Positions 1-10,751 of a DNA stretch of 64,000 nt are shown in pieces (positions within the stretch are counted from its first letter, which is position 1; each line of letters opens with the position of its first letter). The notes under the pieces were generated by a model, which was not told the DNA's origin, did no database searches, and saw only the letters and a list, made by a program, of their open reading frames with translations. Location of the stretch: assembly GCA_047602405.1 (NCBI GenBank), contig JASGHJ010000001.1, forward strand, positions 288,001 through 352,000, given 5' to 3'. Position numbers and translations under genes: made by a program. This DNA comes from Anaeromyxobacteraceae bacterium (GTDB lineage: Bacteria; Myxococcota; Myxococcia; Myxococcales; Anaeromyxobacteraceae).

Positions 1-45
1 CGCCCCGAGCGTAGGGCCCGCGCAGCGGGCCCGGAGACGAGGGGC
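1..45 (+). repeat. REP-like palindromic repeat, copy 1
   Basis: CGCCCCGAGC-GTAG-GGCCCGC-GCA-GCGGGCC-CGGAGACGAGGGG; related copies at 48598-48642 and 62273-62319. Confidence 0.7.
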
Positions 46-46
46 A

Positions 47-799
47 TCAGAAGAGCGGGTACGACAAGGACACGCCGAGCACCGGCGTGTGCACGTACGT
101 CTGGAAGACGTCGTCGAGGTACGCCTCGCCGTCGCGCGCGAACGCCTCGGCAGCCGCCTGCGAGAGCGGCTGGTAGGAGGGCGAGATCCGCGTGTGCGAG
201 GCGATCGTGAACGCGCCGCCGAGCGAGGCCCGCAGGCGGAGCCTCCACCACGGCAGCTCCTGCTGCCAGCCGACCTCGACGTCGAGCATCTGCAGCGTCG
301 CGTCGATCGTCCAGGTCCGCTCGCCGACGCCGACCGGCAGCGTGCGCCCGGTGACGCCGGCGAGGAGGTCGCCCCCGGTGCCCTCGCCGCCGAGCGTGAC
401 GAGCCCGTAGCCCGCCTCCGCGTAGAGCCCGCGCCACAGCCGCGCGCCCACGTGCGTGCGCCAGATGAGCGACCGCTGGAGCGAGCTCTTCACGAGGCGG
501 GCGGTGTCGGCGTCGTAGCCGCCGAGCTTCACCACGGTCCAGTTGATCGCGTCGACGTAGGCGCCGGGGAGGATGCCGACGGAGCTCGTGAGCCGGAGCC
601 GGAACGGCCCCTCGAGCTCCCCGCGGACGGCGACGGAGACCGGGAAGTCGGTGCCCGCGCCGAGCGCGAGGGACCAGGGGGAGGCGGCGGGCGGGTCCGG
701 CGATGCAGCGGGCGACGCCGACGCGGCGGCCGGCGGCGGGGTCGCGGGCTGGGCGGCCTCGGCGGAGAGGACGGCTGCGAGGGCGAGGGCGGGGATCAA
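47..799 (-). CDS. Secreted/outer-membrane hypothetical protein (probable beta-barrel)
   Basis: Signal peptide, Pro/Ala linker, amphipathic beta-strand-like segments, C-terminal Phe (VSLSYPLF); TTG start after GGAGG. Confidence 0.6.
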   Translation of the reverse strand: MIPALALAAVLSAEAAQPATPPPAAASASPAASPDPPAASPWSLALGAGTDFPVSVAVRGELEGPFRLRLTSSVGILPGAYVDAINWTVVKLGGYDADTARLVKSSLQRSLIWRTHVGARLWRGLYAEAGYGLVTLGGEGTGGDLLAGVTGRTLPVGVGERTWTIDATLQMLDVEVGWQQELPWWRLRLRASLGGAFTIASHTRISPSYQPLSQAAAEAFARDGEAYLDDVFQTYVHTPVLGVSLSYPLF

Positions 800-855
800 T
801 GGGCCTCCACCGGGATGCTACCGCCGTCTCCGGGTCGGGACTACGCTCCGCGCCC

Positions 856-2037
856 ATGTCCACCGAAGAGCTCCCCTGGTCCAGGCGGGTCGGGTCCCTG
901 AAGAGCAGCGCCATCCGCGAGATCCTGCGGGTCACCGCGCGGCCCGACGTCATCTCGTTCGCGGGCGGGCTGCCGGCGCCCGAGCTGTTCCCCTCCGAGG
1001 TCCTCGCGGGGCTCGCGCAGGCGCTCCTGACCTCGCCGCGCGCGGGCGCGGCGTTGCAGTACGCGGAGACCGAAGGGCACGCGGGGCTGCGCGAGCGGAT
1101 CCTCGCGCGCGTGCCGTTCCCGGCGGGCACGTTCGGGCAGGAGGGCGTGCTCGTCACGCAGGGTTCGCAGCAGGGGCTCGATCTCCTCGCGAAGCTGCTC
1201 GTCGACCCCGGCGACGAGGTGCTCGTGGAGACGCCGGCGTACCTCGGCGCGCTCCAGGTGTTCCGGTTCTTCGGGGCGAAGGTGACGTTCCTCGCGTGCG
1301 ACGCGGACGGCGTCCTCCCCGACGCGCTCGCGAAGGCGCTCGCGCGGAAGCCGAAGCTCCTCTACCTGACGCCGACGTTCCAGAACCCGAGCGGCGCCTG
1401 CTACCCGGCGAAGCGCCGGGAGGAGGTGCGGAAGGTGCTCGCGGGCTCGGGGACGCTCGTCGTCGAGGACGACCCGTACCGCGAGATCTGGTTCGACGCG
1501 GCGCCGCCGGCACCGATCATGCTCGGGCACGATCCCGCGCGGTCGGTGTACCTCGGGAGCTTCTCGAAGATCGCGACGCCGGGCCTGCGGATCGGGTTCC
1601 TGCTCGGCGCGCCGGGCCTCGTGCGCCGGTGCGTGCTCGCGAAGCAGGCGAACGACCTGCAGACCAACTCGCTCGGGCAGCACCTCGTCCACGATCTCCT
1701 CGCGCACCCCGGCTTCGAGGCGCACGTGGCGGGGCTCCGCGTCGCCTACCGCGAGCGGCGGGATGCGCTCGACCGGGCGCTCCGGGCGAAGCTCGGCGAC
1801 CGGCTCGCGTGGAACCGGCCCGGCGGCGGGATGTTCCTGTGGGCGCGCCTGACGGGCGGCGAGGACGCTGCGGCGGTGCTCGCGAAGGCGCTGGAGCAGG
1901 GGCTCGCGTTCGTGCCCGGAGGGGAGTTCCACCCGGACGGCGAGGGGCGCTCGACGCTGCGGCTCAACTTCACGAACTCGACGGTGGCGAGGATCGAGGA
2001 GGGCGTCGCGAGGTTGGGAAGGGCGATGGGGGTGTAG
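856..2037 (+). CDS. PLP-dependent class I aminotransferase (LysN/2-aminoadipate transaminase-like)
   Basis: SAIREIL, ISFAGGLP, PTFQNPSG, EDDPY, GSFSK and GLRIG motifs; ATG at 856. Confidence 0.9.
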   Translation: MSTEELPWSRRVGSLKSSAIREILRVTARPDVISFAGGLPAPELFPSEVLAGLAQALLTSPRAGAALQYAETEGHAGLRERILARVPFPAGTFGQEGVLVTQGSQQGLDLLAKLLVDPGDEVLVETPAYLGALQVFRFFGAKVTFLACDADGVLPDALAKALARKPKLLYLTPTFQNPSGACYPAKRREEVRKVLAGSGTLVVEDDPYREIWFDAAPPAPIMLGHDPARSVYLGSFSKIATPGLRIGFLLGAPGLVRRCVLAKQANDLQTNSLGQHLVHDLLAHPGFEAHVAGLRVAYRERRDALDRALRAKLGDRLAWNRPGGGMFLWARLTGGEDAAAVLAKALEQGLAFVPGGEFHPDGEGRSTLRLNFTNSTVARIEEGVARLGRAMGV

Positions 2038-2103
2038 CAGGGCTCGGACACCGTCAGTGAACCCATCTGGGACCATGGAGCCCATGGACGCATTCACTTC
2101 GCG

Positions 2104-2126
2104 TGTTATACTGGACATGCGTTCAT
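2104..2126 (+). promoter_or_regulatory. Extended -10 (TGn-TATACT) overlapped by a candidate LexA/SOS box CTGGAC-ATGC-GTTCAT
   Basis: AT-rich patch upstream of the HNH gene; imperfect palindrome resembling the myxobacterial LexA box CTGAAC-N4-GTTCAG. Confidence 0.45.
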
Positions 2127-2148
2127 GTTCATTCATGCGAGGTGAATC

Positions 2149-3568
2149 ATGAAGCTCGGTCTGATCCAGTCCATCCACGAGGCGCTCCAGGCCCTGCTCC
2201 ACAAGGAGCGCCAGGGGCTCGTCGAGTTCCTTCGACAGCTGTGCGTCTTCGATCGGGAGATGGGGTACGCAGCCTACGGCTGTCCTTCCACGTTCGAGTA
2301 CCTGGTGCGGGTGCTCCACCTCGCAGAAGGAACGGCCTATCGCCGGCTCGCGGCGATGAAGCTCGTCCATCGCTACCCGCAGGTCGTGAACGCCATCGAG
2401 CAAGGGTCCGTCAACGCGACCCAGCTCGCCATGCTCGCGAAGGTCATCACCGACGCGAACGTCGACCTGCTCCTCCGCCAGGCGACCCACCTGTCGAAGC
2501 GCAAGACGGAGGAGCTCGTCGTCTCCATCAGGCCGCGCGAGGTTCCCGCACCAGGACTCCGGAAGCTTCCGACGCCGACCCCGCGGCCGGGAGCGGCGCT
2601 CAAGCTGACGGAGACTCCGGTCTCGATGCCGGGGCTCTCCGCAGCTCACGCCCCGAAAGTTACGCCACTGGTGGAGGGGCTTACGGATTCCGGGTTCACT
2701 CCTCGGGAGGAGCTGGCCTCGCCGCCGAGCCTCTCGCTCATTCCGACTCCGCCTCTGGATCCGTCTCCGCCTCCGACTCCGACTCCGACTCCGCCTCCGC
2801 CTCCGACTCCGCCTCCGACTCCGACTCCGACTCCGGATCCGACTCCGGATCCGACTCCGACCCTATCTCCGTCTCCGTCTCCGCCTCTCGCCCCGACCAC
2901 TCCGACTCTTCCGCCCCCGCGACCGCAGCCGCATCGAGCCGGTCGCGGCAGGCCGCTGGCAGTGGCGCCTCGAGCTCGACGCCGCGCTCAAGGCCGAGCT
3001 CGACACGCTCAAGGGCTACCTCGCCCACAAGATCCCCGACGGCGACCTGCAGAAGGTCTTCGAGCAGATGCTGCACGACTCCCTCGAGAAGCACGGCAAG
3101 CGGCTCGGGTTCATCGCGCCGCAGCACCCGCGGGCGGTCCCGGAGCAGGTGGCCACACCGGGCATCCGGCAGCGCGTGCCCCTCGGCGTCCGCCGCGCGG
3201 TGCTCGAGCGCGACGGACACCGGTGCACCGAGATCTGCAATGGCGAGCGTTGCCCGGAGACGGAGCGGCTCGAGATGGACCACCTCGACCCGGCGAACGA
3301 GACGGGCTCGTCCACCGTCGACGACCTCGTGACGAAGTGCCGGGCCCACAACCAGTACCGCGCGTTCCTCAAGTACGGGCGCGAGTACATCGAGGCGCGG
3401 AAGGCCGAGGCGCGGCGCGAGCGAGAGGAGCGGCGGGAGGCGAAGGCGTCGGGGGCGATGAAGGTGGTCGAGGGCGATGAAGACGTCGGCCAGCCTCTTC
3501 CTCTCCCACTCTTCGCGAAGGAACCCGACTCATCCTGGGGCGGCCTGAGCCTCGCCGCCACGGGGTGA
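2149..3568 (+). CDS. DUF222-like/HNH endonuclease protein with Pro/Thr linker (one frameshift near 2910)
   Basis: N-terminal YGCPSTFEY...EGTAYRRL; after a +1 shift it reads RIEPVAAGRWQWRLELD...VLERDGHRC...RC...LEMDH...KCRAHN (HNH). Confidence 0.75.
2742..2890 (+). repeat. Hexamer tandem repeat (CCGACT/CCGCCT/CCGTCT) encoding a PT/PP/PS linker
   Basis: Visible in the sequence. Confidence 0.9.
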
Positions 3569-3584
3569 CGTCACCGTTCCCTGC

Positions 3585-4496
3585 TCAGCGCCCCACCCGG
3601 TAACGCACCCGCCAGATGTCCATGCGGCCCGCGCCGCCTGAGCGGCGGGCCGAGAAATACAGCCAGCCGGGCTCGGTCGCGGCGATGGACGGGCCATTCG
3701 TGAACGGCTCCGCGTCCTCACCGTTCACCTCGGGGCCGAGGCGGACGCGGGACGACGGGCCGGCGGCGTTCGCGGGCGCCCAGTACAGCGCGACCGCGCC
3801 GTCGGTGCGGCCGGACGAGAACACCAGGCTGCCGTCGGGCAGGAACGTCGCGTCGAAGTCGTCGTCGGGGCCGTTCACGGCGAGGGCGCGGGCGTCGCCC
3901 CAGGCTCCGTCCGCGAGCCTCCGCGCGACGAAAAGATCCTGGCGGCCGGCGCCGCCGCGGGCGTCGGAGCAGAAGAGCAACCTCGTGCCGTCCGGGGAGA
4001 CCGACGGGGCCCACTCGTCACCCTTCGTGTTCACGCCGGGGCCGAGGTTCACGGGCTCGCCCCAGGCGCCGTCCTTCCCGAGCGGCGCGAACCAGAGGTC
4101 GTCGCCGCCGAGGCCGCCCGGGCGGTTCGAGAAGAAGTAGGCGCCGGAGCCGTCGGGGGCGAAGGAGGGGTCGAAGTCGTTCGCGGCGGAGTCGAACGCG
4201 GCGGGCGCCGGGGCCGACCAGCCGCCGGCGACGCGGCGGCTCTCGAGGATCTCCCAGCCGCGCGGCGCGCCGGGCTGGCCGATCGCGCCCCACAGGAGCC
4301 GCGCGCCGTCCGGGCTCACCGCGAGGCGGATCTCGGTCGAGGCGGCGGTGGAGACGACGCCGGGGAGGACGAGCTCGGGCGCGCCGACGAGAGAGAAGGT
4401 GGGGGACCGGCTGCCGCGGGAGGGCGCGGCGGGGGCGGCGACCGTCGCGCACGACGCGCCCGTCACGAGCACGGCCAGGCACGCGAGCGCACGCAT
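3585..4496 (-). CDS. PD40/TolB-like beta-propeller lipoprotein
   Basis: Lipobox-like TGASC; repeated PSFAPDG, PSVSPDG and GGxGxxDLW motifs. Confidence 0.8.
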   Translation of the reverse strand: MRALACLAVLVTGASCATVAAPAAPSRGSRSPTFSLVGAPELVLPGVVSTAASTEIRLAVSPDGARLLWGAIGQPGAPRGWEILESRRVAGGWSAPAPAAFDSAANDFDPSFAPDGSGAYFFSNRPGGLGGDDLWFAPLGKDGAWGEPVNLGPGVNTKGDEWAPSVSPDGTRLLFCSDARGGAGRQDLFVARRLADGAWGDARALAVNGPDDDFDATFLPDGSLVFSSGRTDGAVALYWAPANAAGPSSRVRLGPEVNGEDAEPFTNGPSIAATEPGWLYFSARRSGGAGRMDIWRVRYRVGR

Positions 4497-4728
4497 GGCT
4501 GCATCGTAGCCGACCCGCCTCCCCACGAGCAGTGAAACCAGGGCACCCTCGCCGCAGCGCGGCACGCCGCGCTCACCGCGCCGCGTCAAACTCGACCCGG
4601 CGAGGCGGTGACGAAAAGTGAAACGGACCGGATGGTTCGACCCGACTGGAGCCTTGGGGGTGGCGGCACGCCCCGCCTAGAGTCGCTCCCCGATTCGCCA
4701 GTCGAACGTCCGCACCTTCGGAGGCTTC

Positions 4729-7707
4729 ATGCGCGCGAAGCAGGTCGTCCTGTGTGCCCTCGCGTCCGCCGTCCTCGCCTGCGCCAAGTCCGGCGACCTC
4801 GCTGATTCACTCACCGTCACACCGTCCGGCGACGTGACCGCGTCCGGGCCGGTGAGCCTGACCGCGACCGCCACCGGCGGCGCCGAGGTGAGCTGGACGC
4901 TCTCCGGGGCCGGGACGCTCTCCGGCTCGAAGGGCGCGTTCGTCGTCTGGCGGCCCCCGGCCGTCGCCGGCGGCGGCCAGACCGCGACCGTGACCGCCAC
5001 CGCGGGCAAGCACACGCAGGCCGTCCACATCAGCTACGCGGCCCAGGCGCTCACCCCGAAGAAGATCGCCTCGCTGTCCGCGGCGGTCACCGTCACCTAC
5101 GACGCCTGGCAGGTGCCGCACGTCGACTGCGCGATCGACACCGACTGCTTCGCGGTGCAGGGCTACCTGCACGCGCGCGACCGGCTCTTCCAGATGGACT
5201 TCCTCCGCCGCGTGGCCCGCGGCCGGCTCTCCGAGCTCGTCGGCCCGCTCGGGCTCGAGCAGGACGTGCAGCTCCGCACCCTCTTCACGATGCGGAACGG
5301 CGGCCGGATCGAGGACGCGCTCGTCACCGCCATGGACCCCGCCACGAAGGCCCGCGTGCAGGCCTACGTCGACGGCATCAACGCGCGGCTCGGCGAGCTC
5401 ACCGACGCCGACCTGCCCGGCGAGTACGCGCAGCTCCCGGTGCCGGCGAAGGCGGCGGACCTCCCCGCCTGGACGCTCGCCGACGTCACCGGCCTCGCCC
5501 GGCTCCAGCAGTTCCAGCTCTCCGAGAGCATCTCGGCCGAGGCGGCCTACGGCGGGTTCGTCCTCGCCTTCGGCACCGGCGGCAAGTTCAAGACCTGGGT
5601 CCGCGCCCAGCTGCCCGTGCAGGCGCGCACGTACACGCTCGTCGCGCCCCCGGCGGCCGCGGCGCCCACGCCGGCGCCGCAGGTGGACGCCGCGGCGCTC
5701 GGCGCGTGGGGCGCGAGCCTCGGCGCGCTCGGCGCCCGCCACGGCGCGCTCCGCGAGGCGCTCCGGGCCGAGGTGGGCGAGGTCGGCTCCAACAACTGGG
5801 TGGTGGACGCGGCGCACTCCGCGAACGGGCACGCGATGGTCGCGAACGACCCGCACCTCTCCCTCCCCTACCCGCCGAACTTCTACCTCGCGCAGCTCAC
5901 CTCCCGGCGCGCGGCCGACGGCATGGACATCGTGGGCGGCTCGTTCCCCGGCACGCCGGGCGCGCTCGTCGGGCGCGGCAAGCACGTCGGCTGGGGCGTC
6001 ACCGTCGTCGGCTACGACGTGACCGACCTCTACCGCGAGCAGTTCCTCCCGCAGGGTTCCTGCGCCTCCGCCCAGCTCCCGTGCGTCCTCTTCAAGGGCG
6101 CCCCGGTCTCGCTCGTGGTCGCGCCGCAGTCGTACAAGGTCCGCGGGCCCGACGGCCTGCTCCACGAGGCGACTGCGTGGCCGCCGAACGCGCCGCTCCT
6201 CTCCGCGCAGGGCGCGCTCGTCTTCGTCGTGCCGCACCACGGCCCGATCATCCAGGCGCCGGACGGCGGCGGCCACGCGGTCTCGATGCGCTGGACCGGC
6301 CACGAGGGCTGGACCCAGGACCTGAAGGCCTTCTTCGGCCTCGCCACCGCGGCGAGCGTCGACGCGGCCGTCGAGGCGCTCAAGGACTACGCGACCGGCG
6401 CGCAGAACTTCGTGCTCGCCGACGACGCGGGCCACATCGCGTACGACCCGCACGCGCTCCTGCCGGTGCGCGACTTCGCCGACGCCCGCAAGACGGCGCC
6501 GGCCTCGCTCCAGCCGCCCTGGATCCCGCTCCCGGGCGACGGCTCGGCGGAGTGGGGCTCCGACCCGGCCTGCGGCGGCGTGGCCGCGCCGCGCTCCTGC
6601 TTCCTCGACGACGCCGACGTGCCGCACGGGAAGGACCCGGCCTGGGGCTTCTACGTGACGGCGAACTCCGACCCGGTGGGCGTCTCGAAGGACAACAACG
6701 TCTTCGCCTACCCGCCGTACCTCTCGTTCGACTGGGACGAGATCGGCTTCCGGCAGACCCGCATCACCGAGCGTATGACGAAGGCGCTCGCGGCCGGCGG
6801 CGGCAAGATCTCCGAGGCGGAGCTCGAGTCGATCCAGGCCGACCACGTCTCGTCGCTCGGGCGCGCGTTCACCGAGCTCCTGAAGGACGCGAGCTACGAC
6901 GCGGCGGCCACCGGCAGCGCCGACTTCGCGGCGGCGCGCGGCATGCTCGTCGCCTGGGGCGCGGCGGCGAACGCCCGCGCCTACGACTGCCCGACCGGCC
7001 TCCTCGGCATCGACCCCGCCCTCTCTCCGGACGATCCCGACGCGACGAACACGGCGAACTCGGCGGCGTGCCTCCTCTTCCACACGTTCGTGCGCGACCT
7101 CCTCGTCCGCGTCTTCGCCGACGACCTCGGCGCGGCCGGCCTCGGCGTGAGCTCCGCGAACGCGGTCAAGGGCATGCTCCGCATGCTCGAGCCGGGCGTG
7201 ACCGGCGACGACGCGAGCTTCTGCGACGACGTCGACCCCGACACCGGCGCCGCCGTCGCCTCGCACACGTGCGCGGCGCAGGTCGTGACCTCGCTCGTCA
7301 CGGCGTACCGCACGCTCCTCGCCACCGCCGGCACCGACTGGCGCTGGGGCCGGTACCACACGTTCACCGCGGTGAGCCAGTTCCCCACGGTCACGACCGG
7401 CTACGTCGCCGGGCCGTACGCCCGCCCGGGCGGCGCGCTCACCGTCGACGTCGGCAACCCGCGGCTCACCGCGACCGGCACCTCCTTCGCGTTCGGCTCG
7501 TCGGCGAACGTCCGCCACGTCTCGGTGATGGACCCGGCCGGCCCGACCACCCGCATGCAGCTGCCCGGCCCGCAGCGCGACGGGCCCTACGACGTCCTCG
7601 CCGGGCCGGACCTGCTCGTGGACTGGGTCCACAACACCTACTTCGACTACGCCGACGGCGCGCACGCGCAGGCCGGCGCGGTCGCCACCCAGAGGTTCGA
7701 CAAGTGA
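4729..7707 (+). CDS. Penicillin acylase family (Ntn-hydrolase) lipoprotein
   Basis: Lipobox VLAC; QGYLHARDRLFQMD; nucleophile motif GSNNW (Ser codon at 5788); ANDPHL; WRWGRYH. Confidence 0.9.
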   Translation: MRAKQVVLCALASAVLACAKSGDLADSLTVTPSGDVTASGPVSLTATATGGAEVSWTLSGAGTLSGSKGAFVVWRPPAVAGGGQTATVTATAGKHTQAVHISYAAQALTPKKIASLSAAVTVTYDAWQVPHVDCAIDTDCFAVQGYLHARDRLFQMDFLRRVARGRLSELVGPLGLEQDVQLRTLFTMRNGGRIEDALVTAMDPATKARVQAYVDGINARLGELTDADLPGEYAQLPVPAKAADLPAWTLADVTGLARLQQFQLSESISAEAAYGGFVLAFGTGGKFKTWVRAQLPVQARTYTLVAPPAAAAPTPAPQVDAAALGAWGASLGALGARHGALREALRAEVGEVGSNNWVVDAAHSANGHAMVANDPHLSLPYPPNFYLAQLTSRRAADGMDIVGGSFPGTPGALVGRGKHVGWGVTVVGYDVTDLYREQFLPQGSCASAQLPCVLFKGAPVSLVVAPQSYKVRGPDGLLHEATAWPPNAPLLSAQGALVFVVPHHGPIIQAPDGGGHAVSMRWTGHEGWTQDLKAFFGLATAASVDAAVEALKDYATGAQNFVLADDAGHIAYDPHALLPVRDFADARKTAPASLQPPWIPLPGDGSAEWGSDPACGGVAAPRSCFLDDADVPHGKDPAWGFYVTANSDPVGVSKDNNVFAYPPYLSFDWDEIGFRQTRITERMTKALAAGGGKISEAELESIQADHVSSLGRAFTELLKDASYDAAATGSADFAAARGMLVAWGAAANARAYDCPTGLLGIDPALSPDDPDATNTANSAACLLFHTFVRDLLVRVFADDLGAAGLGVSSANAVKGMLRMLEPGVTGDDASFCDDVDPDTGAAVASHTCAAQVVTSLVTAYRTLLATAGTDWRWGRYHTFTAVSQFPTVTTGYVAGPYARPGGALTVDVGNPRLTATGTSFAFGSSANVRHVSVMDPAGPTTRMQLPGPQRDGPYDVLAGPDLLVDWVHNTYFDYADGAHAQAGAVATQRFDK

Positions 7708-7715
7708 GGACCGCC

Positions 7716-10700
7716 ATGACCCGCACCCGGATCCTCGTCCTCGGCGCGCTCGCCCTCGCGGGCGCCGCCTCCGGCCTCACGGCCTGCGCCCCCTCCGTCC
7801 CGAAGTCGGGCACCGTCGGCAAGGTCGCGACGGTGGTGTTCGACCCGACCGCCGGCGCGATCCCGCTGCCGAACGACCTCGCCCGCTCGGCGCTCGGCCT
7901 CGGCGGCCTGCCCGACGGCGCGCAGAAGGAGCTCCTCCTCGCCTTCAACACGGCCGGAGGCTTCCCGAACGATCAGGAGGTCGCGATCACGCTCGACCTC
8001 GTCGACCAGACCATCGCCGCGAGCGGCGCGGTCACCGACGGCCCGGTCGCGCTCGACCTCGGCTCGTTCACGGCCGACACGTTCTTCGTGTGGGGGCTCA
8101 CCGCCGCGGGCGCGGGCCTCATCCCGATGGAGGCCCCGACGGCGGCCGACGTCGCCGCAGGGACGAAGACCTCGACCCTCACGCTGCACAGGAAGGGCCA
8201 CGGCCCCTGGGAGCCCGGCCTCTACTACGCCTTCGTGCGCGGCGGCCCGTACGGCGTGAAGACCGCCGACGGCCGGGCGGTCTACTCCTCCACCATCTTC
8301 AACCTCATCGCGCAGGGCCAGGACCTCACCACCGAGGCGAACCTGTCGCTCCTGAAGGCCCAGCTCGGCACGTACGAGGCGGCGCTCGCGAACGCCCAGG
8401 CGCTCAACCAGCTCATCGCGAGCTACAAGACCGCGCCCGCCCCCGGCGTGCCCGCGGCGTTCACCGTCGCCGACTCCCGCTTCCCGCACCAGGAGCTCGC
8501 GATGATGACGACCTTCCAGATCGCGCCCAGGAAGACCGTCGTGGAGCTCGACGCGGCCCGCGGCCTCGTGCCGCTGCCGATCGATCTCCTCCGCCACCCC
8601 GGCCCGACCGGCAAGCTCACGAAGCTCGCCGCGTGCACGCTCGCGAGCGGCTCGCTCGACGCCGCCGGCAACTGCTCCTCGGCGGCGGCCGCGGGCTTCG
8701 AGGCCCTCGACGGCTTCGGGACCACCGCGCCCATCCTCGCGGCGACGAGCGACCTCATCGACGCGACCACCGTGACGGGCGAGACCGTGCAGCTCTGGGA
8801 CCTCTCCGGCACCACGCCGTCGAAGGTGAACCCGGCGACCTACCTCACCGAGCCCTGCGAGGTGACCGACTCCGGGCTCTCGACCGCCATCGTGCTCCAG
8901 CCCGCCGGCCTCTCGGCCTGCGACGCCACCTCGCCCTTCCGGACCCGGCCGCTCAAGGACGCGACCGACTACGCGGTGATCGTCACGACCGGCGTGAAGG
9001 ACAAGGCCGGCAAGGCCCTCGGCCGCGGCACCGTCGGGAACGTGCTGCCTCTTCACGCACCCGGTCTCGGTCGGCGGCCACTCGGCGCTGCTCGGCATCG
9101 ACGACGAGACGGCCGCGGGCCTCGAGGCGATGCGGCTGCAGCCTGCAGCCGGTGCTGACCGCCGCCGCGCTCGCGAAGGGCGACGTCGCGATGGCCTACA
9201 CGTTCCGCACCCAGACCATCCTCTCGCAGGCGCTGCAGCTCGCCGCGCTGCCGTACACGCTCCAGGCGTCGACCGCGGTGCCGGGCGCCGTCACGAGCTA
9301 CACGCCCGCGCAGGCCTACGCGCGCTACGGGGTGGCCGCGACCGTGCCGGCGGACAACCTCGCCGAGGTGCTCGAGACGTCGATCCAGACGTTCAACCTG
9401 CTCGACCCCGCGTCCGGCGCGTTCTTCGCGAGCGTGGGGAGCGGCAGCCTCGAGACCGTCCCGGTCCTCGTCGCGGTGCCGAAGGCGACGAACCCCAACC
9501 TCGCCGCCTGTCCGGGGGCGCTCTCGGCGCTGAAGTGCGCGCCGGTCGTGGTGTTCCGCCACGGGTTCGGGCGCGGCCGGGCCGACATGCTCACGGTGGC
9601 GAACGGCCTCGCCGCGAAGGGACTCATCACGATCGCGGTCGACGCCGCGAAGCACGGCGACCGCTCGCTCTGCAACAAGGGCGACGTGACGATCTCCGGC
9701 TTCCCCATCTGCGCCGACCACACCTCCGCGTGCAGCTCGCCGCTCCCGCCCGGCGCGCAGGGCGACGCGAAGCCGCCGGGCACCTGCGGCGCGGTCGGCT
9801 ACGCGATGAAGCCGGTGTCCGAGGCGTGCGCCGCGAGCCCGGCCTCCTGCGGCTGGGACGGCAAGCACGGCATCCCGATCGTCTCGGGCAACTTCCTCGT
9901 CTCGGTGAACTTCTTCCGCACCCGCGACACGCTCCGCCAGGACGCCATCGACCAGTCGCAGCTCGTGCGCGCCCTCGCGTTCGTCCCGACCGGCCCGCCG
10001 CCCACGACGAACCCCGTCTTCGACCACCTCGCCGCCGGCGGCGTGGTCATCGACCCCGCGAAGGTCCGCTACCTCGGCCAGTCGCTCGGGTCCTTGCAGG
10101 GCGCGATGAGCATGGCCGTGAACCCGCGCCTCGCCTCGGGCGTGCTCAACGTGGGCGGCGGCACGATCGTCGACATCTTCACGAACTCTCCGGAGTTCGG
10201 CCCCTCGACCGACCAGCTCCTCGCCGGGCTCGGCATCTCGCCCGGAACGTCGGCGTACCTGCAGTTCCTCGCGGTCGCGAAGACCATCCTGGACCCGGCC
10301 GACCCCATCAACTTCGCCGGGCACCTGAAGGCGAACCCGCTCCCGAACCTCCTCGCGAACCCGAACGGCTCGGTCGCCCAGGCGCCGAAGGCGGTGCTCG
10401 CGCAGGCCGCCTTCTGCGACCAGTCGGTGCCGAACCCGTTCACGTACCTCCTCTCGGCGGTCGCCGGGAACACGCCGCTGCCGAGCGCGCCGACGTTCGG
10501 CCAGGGCACCGGCGACTTCCAGGTGTTCATGACCGGCGCCACCGCGCCCGACGCGGCGGCGTTCGCCTCCTGCACCGGCGGCTTCGGCTCGAAGCCGCTC
10601 ACGCCGTGGGCCGTCGAGCACGGCTTCATCACGAACTGGGCCGACGTCCTCCAGACCGGCAAGGCGCAGGCCGACGCGGCCGCCTTCCTCGCCGATCCGG

Positions 10701-10735
10701 CCGCGCTGCCGGGCTCGGTCGTCGTCCTGCCGTAG
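7716..10735 (+). CDS. VolA/Pla-1-like surface lipase/phospholipase lipoprotein (two +1 frameshifts near 9048 and 9142)
   Basis: Lipobox LTAC; two IPLPNDL/VPLPIDL units; VFRHGFG; nucleophile elbow YLGQSLG; DPADPIN; EHGF. Removing two duplicated Cs gives one continuous ORF. Confidence 0.75.
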
Positions 10736-10751
10736 CGAAAGGGAGACCGCC

